This document shows positions 59,945-64,000 of a DNA stretch of 64,000 bases, in pieces. This stretch comes from Felis catus. Lineage: Eukaryota. The DNA lies in the NCBI RefSeq assembly GCF_018350175.1, contig NC_058368.1, forward strand, positions 238,330,001-238,394,000, in the 5' to 3' direction. The translations under genes were made by a program, and so were the position numbers. Numbering within the stretch: the first letter of the stretch is position 1; each line of letters begins with the position of its first letter. Under the pieces are notes generated by a model. It worked only from the letters and a program-made list of their open reading frames with translations, was not told where the DNA came from and did not search any database.

Positions 59945-62689
59945 AAAGTGGATGATTCGGGGATCCAGGCTTGTCCCCAGTGCTAAGTCTCCCCAGAGCC
60001 ACACCCTTCTCGCTCAGTGGCCACACGGACACGCCTGCCCCTCACAGTGAGAGACGAGCCTGCGGTCGAGCGGGGGGGCGGGGCCCCGGAGCCCCAGCTG
60101 CACAGGACAACACCTGTCGACGTCACTGGGGAGAGTGTCCTGGGCAGCGCCTGCCTTCACCCCAGCTGGCACATCACCCCCCCCCCCCAGCAGGGCCGCC
60201 CACGCACAGGCAACGACGGTGCATGAGGTGTGGAGCCCAGGCGAGCCGTGGAGCAGGGTCATGGCTGGCCTGTGGGTGCTGGGGAAAGCCATGCCTACAG
60301 CCCACCTTCAGAGGCCCACTCCCACCGCCAAGGAAACCGGAAGGAAAGGCGGAGAGGCCCCAACAGGGCTCTTGCGGGAAGGCTCGCCAGCGGGCACGGA
60401 GGGGGGACCTGGGAGGGTCCGCCTGCCGAGGAGAGCCCCTTCCCCGGCCTTTCCTTTCAGAGGACGGCATGCTGCAGCCTCCTGGAGTGTCTCCATCCCG
60501 GGTCCCTCACGAGTAAGGCACGTGATAACCCCCAGCCTGCACGGCCACGGCCACCAACCAGATCCTTGTGTCAAACACAGTGCAGTATAACAGTTGGCTG
60601 TCGCGGGCGTGATCACCGCGTCATGATAAGGCTCCTGGTCAAAGCCAAACTGTGAGAGCGGACTGACTGCTGGCACTTTATCGCAGAAACGGAACGCCGA
60701 GCTCTAAAGTGGTGCCCATGTCGGAGGCACCAGGGTTGTGTAAATTATAGTCTTTCAAAAATCAACTTGGTCTCAGAAATCACTTCTCTGGGAGGAAGGG
60801 TATCAGTGGGCCAGCCGTGGGCCTGAGTCTGGGGGACTGCCCGAGGACGGAGCTGCCGGGACAGGAGGGTCCCCCCCGCCGATGCCCTCCCGACCCGCGT
60901 GGCTGGCGGCACGGAGGTGAGGTGGGCAGACCCGTGGGAGGCGGGGGCTGGGTTCGCTCTGGGCCGGCCCCCCAGCCTTCTTCTTCCATCGGAATCGGAG
61001 AGGCTGGAGAAAAGTCCAACCCCCACAAAGGGGTTTTTCAGAATCCTGGTGGGCAGAGTGAGTCACCCCGGGGCAGGCAGGGCTGCACGGTGGCTCAGCT
61101 TGTGACTTTGACTGTGGCCCTGGAGAAGGAACCGATGTGACTGCATTCGCTCCCAGTCGCCTCTGCTCAGCAGGAAGGAGGAATCGGGGCTCGAGGTCTG
61201 GTGCGAACGCTGCGTCCGAGCTCCCCTCGTCCGCAGAGGCCCTGGGCAGGGGTGCTGGTGTCCGTGGAAAGCAGACTCACCTCGATCCGCTGGCACAGGT
61301 GCCCTGTGGCCCAGGCCCTCGGGGATGGCGGAATGGCGCGCACCCCAGCTCCGGAGTCCCGGTCGCCCTCGGGAACACTGAGCCCTGACCGTCATGTCAA
61401 GCTTGGCGTCTGAAGAGGAGGGGGAATCCCAGACAAGGACGGCTTCTGGCCGAGCTCCAGGACTGCAGAAACTCAAGCGGAGAGAGCCCAGGACCTGGCT
61501 TCTCACGGTGATTGCTGGCCAGAACCGGTGCAAGCAGTCACGAGGAGGCACGTCGAATATTCTGGAAGTCCCACGTTCCAGAGCTTCTCCGAGGCTCGCT
61601 CTCACTGCAAGATGACAGCACTCCCGGACCGGAGCAGACGCCTTCAGGCAAATCCCCACGGCCTTCCTTCACTGGCTGCCCACCCCGCCCCCCGTCAGCC
61701 CCCAGCAGCAGGGCCCCAGACTCAGCCCCGACCTCCCCTCTGCTCAGGGGTCCACGTCCTCCAAAACCCCACTCGGATGAAGCCCCATCCGGAGCCCCAG
61801 AGCCTTAGCCCCAAGTGTCCAAGCAGACAGCGACAGTTGAGGCGCCCTGCAGACCCCCCGGGGCAGGGAGGCCAGGAGCCTGAGCTCCAAGTGGAACAGA
61901 GAAGCAATGTTCCCACCCGACAGGCAGGACGGGGGAACCCGGGGAGCCAAGTGGCCGTGAGACAGCCTCCCGTCTCCATGCCCCAGCGTGCCCCGTGTGG
62001 ACACACCCGCGTCCTGGTCCTGGGAGCCGCCCAGCCCTGGCTCTGGTCCGCGGCACGTGTCCCTGACCTGCTGATTTTGAAGAGTCAGCTGACCCGCTCA
62101 AGTACAAGTTCCTGTCTGCAGCAGTCGCCAGCGCTCACGGCCCACAGTCGCTCGAGGGGCGGTGGGGACATGGTCCCTCCACGGCCCCCAGATGCTCACA
62201 AACGGAACCCACACGCCATGGTGGCCTGGGCACCGTCCCCTGCCCGGCTTAGGTTCCCCAAGTGAAAGGCCGTGGCTACAAGGAGCTTCTGCTGGGGAAG
62301 GGGCTGTCCTGACACAGCCCCGGCCCTGGACACCCAGTGGTCTGGGGCACTTGGAAGCTGTGTCCGTGAGTGGCTCTGTTGACCCTGCGGAAGAGCAAGA
62401 AACTCAGGGGAGTGAGTGTCTGCCCACTAGGAGCTGGGCAGAGATGGCCCCTGCCGCACCCAGCCCTTCTGGGCACGCCCATCGAGGCCCAGAACCTGAC
62501 CTGAACCCAGACCCTCCATACAAGGTGCACCGCTGACAGGGACACCTGCGTGTGCCCCCCCAGGACCCTCGTGCTCTGGGGGTTGCACCCTGTGCCCCTG
62601 GGGGACCCTTGCGTGCTGGGGGACGTGCCCTGCACCCCCTGATTAGCATTCAGGGAAGCAAGTCCCCTGTGTCTGTAGCCTTTGCCGTG

Positions 62690-62938
62690 GAGGGGAGGGA
62701 AGGGGGAAGGGGGGAAGAGGGGAAGGAGAGTAAGGGGGTAAGGGTCAGAAGGGGGGGAAGGGGGGAAGAGGGGAAGGAGAGTAAGGGGGTAAGGGTCAGA
62801 AGGGGGGGAAGGGGGAAGAGGGGGAAAGAGGGGAAGGCAGGGAAGGGGGAGAAGGGGGGAAGGAGGGGAAGGGGGTAAGGGTCAGAAGGGGGGGAAGGGG
62901 GGGAAGAGGGGGAAAGAGGGGAAGGCAGGGAAGGGGGA
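62690..62938. repeat. G/A-rich purine tract with a 51-bp repeat unit
   Basis: gggggaag runs; ggggtaagggtcagaaggggggg recurs three times. Confidence 0.93.
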
Positions 62939-64000
62939 CCAGGCTGCTCCTCCTGCCACAGAGACCCTACCCTGGGAGGGGGCCGCCCCCCCGCCCCCGG
63001 CAGCCTGGCTGAGGCTGGGGTCCCGCTTGCTCACGTGAAGGCCATGTTGCATCCCGGGGGCGCACCCCGGTTTCGGGGAGAGCCCTGACTGTGTCCCCCC
63101 AGGGCCCCTCCCCCTGGACTCACCTGGGGGCTGACCCCCTGGTTCAGGGACCCCTGCACGCTCCCTCCAGAGGTGGTGCTGGGGGTCGGCCAGCGGCCGT
63201 CGGCCCGGCCCCCGCTCGTCCCTGGCCTGACTGAGGCCTGCGAACGCGCTCTGTATGTACAGCGGGACCTAACGGTTCCGGGCTTCGCAGGCTGTTCCGC
63301 GTCAGCCACTCATCCTCAAGTAGCCACCCGGCAGCTGGCCGGGTTGCGTTCCTGGAACGGTCGTTCGCTGACCCCTGACCCATGACGGAGGCCTGTCCCT
63401 GCCCTGGACCTGCTCGCTGAGGGACGTCACCAGTGAGCAGGCCCCGGAGACCGCACCCGACTCAGACACGTGTGCCCACGTCTGGGCGGCAGGTGGGGGC
63501 ATCCTGACTCGGCAGGCGCAGGGTCCCGTCGGGCCAGGCGCAGGTCCTTGCAGGGTGTGGCGGCCTAGCGAACGTTAGCTCCACATGCCACACCCTCAGC
63601 ACCTGGCTGCACAGCGGGACCTGGTCCCCGGGGCGGGGCACCCGCAGTGGCCGCCGCGGCAGCCTGGCGGCCTCTGGGCCCGAGGGCTTCGCCCGCCGGG
63701 TGTGGGTGCCGCCGGCCTCACTTCCGCCCGTGGCCCCGCTGGCCACAGGACGCTGTCCACGCGGCGGGTGGGCGCTGGGTCCCGCCCCCGTGCGCTGAGC
63801 TCGGGATCGTGGGCGTCCTCCCGCCCGCGTCGCGGGCACGTCAGAGATGAGCAGAAGGCAGACGGTGCTCCCCTCGCTCGGGGGGCGGATGGAGCACTCA
63901 GTTTAAAGAGTGAAAGTTTAAGAGCAAGGACTGGCCGCCAAGGTCAGAGGACCCTGATTTCAATAGAAAAGCGTTAGGGGAGAAAGCCTTGTGTGCCGAG

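Overview
Mammalian DNA, almost certainly felid: 13 tRNA-derived CanSINEs, including a young feliform-type copy, and a cat-type L1 3' end. The window is very GC- and CpG-rich, like a subtelomeric, gene-poor region. None of the supplied six-frame ORFs is a recognisable protein. They come from high GC content, tandem repeats, SINEs or decayed L1 ORF2. The main genic signal is a run of eight well-formed minus-strand splice exons (about 0.44-11.2 kb) downstream of a CpG-island promoter at about 13 kb. This is an unidentified spliced transcript, possibly a degenerate coding gene with one in-frame TAG, or a lncRNA. The rest is old L1, MIR, MaLR/ERVL LTR and MER relics, three GC-rich minisatellites (about 20, 41 and 18 bp units), microsatellites, purine and pyrimidine tracts, CTCF-like motifs, and AT-rich unique islands that look like enhancers. 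Best leads: the cryptic gene, a 41-bp VNTR in which almost every unit carries a nuclear-receptor DR4 motif, and a dense PBX/HOX-MEIS motif cluster. Repeat family names come from recalled consensus sequences, and boundaries of old repeats are approximate. No CRISPR or prokaryotic system is present.
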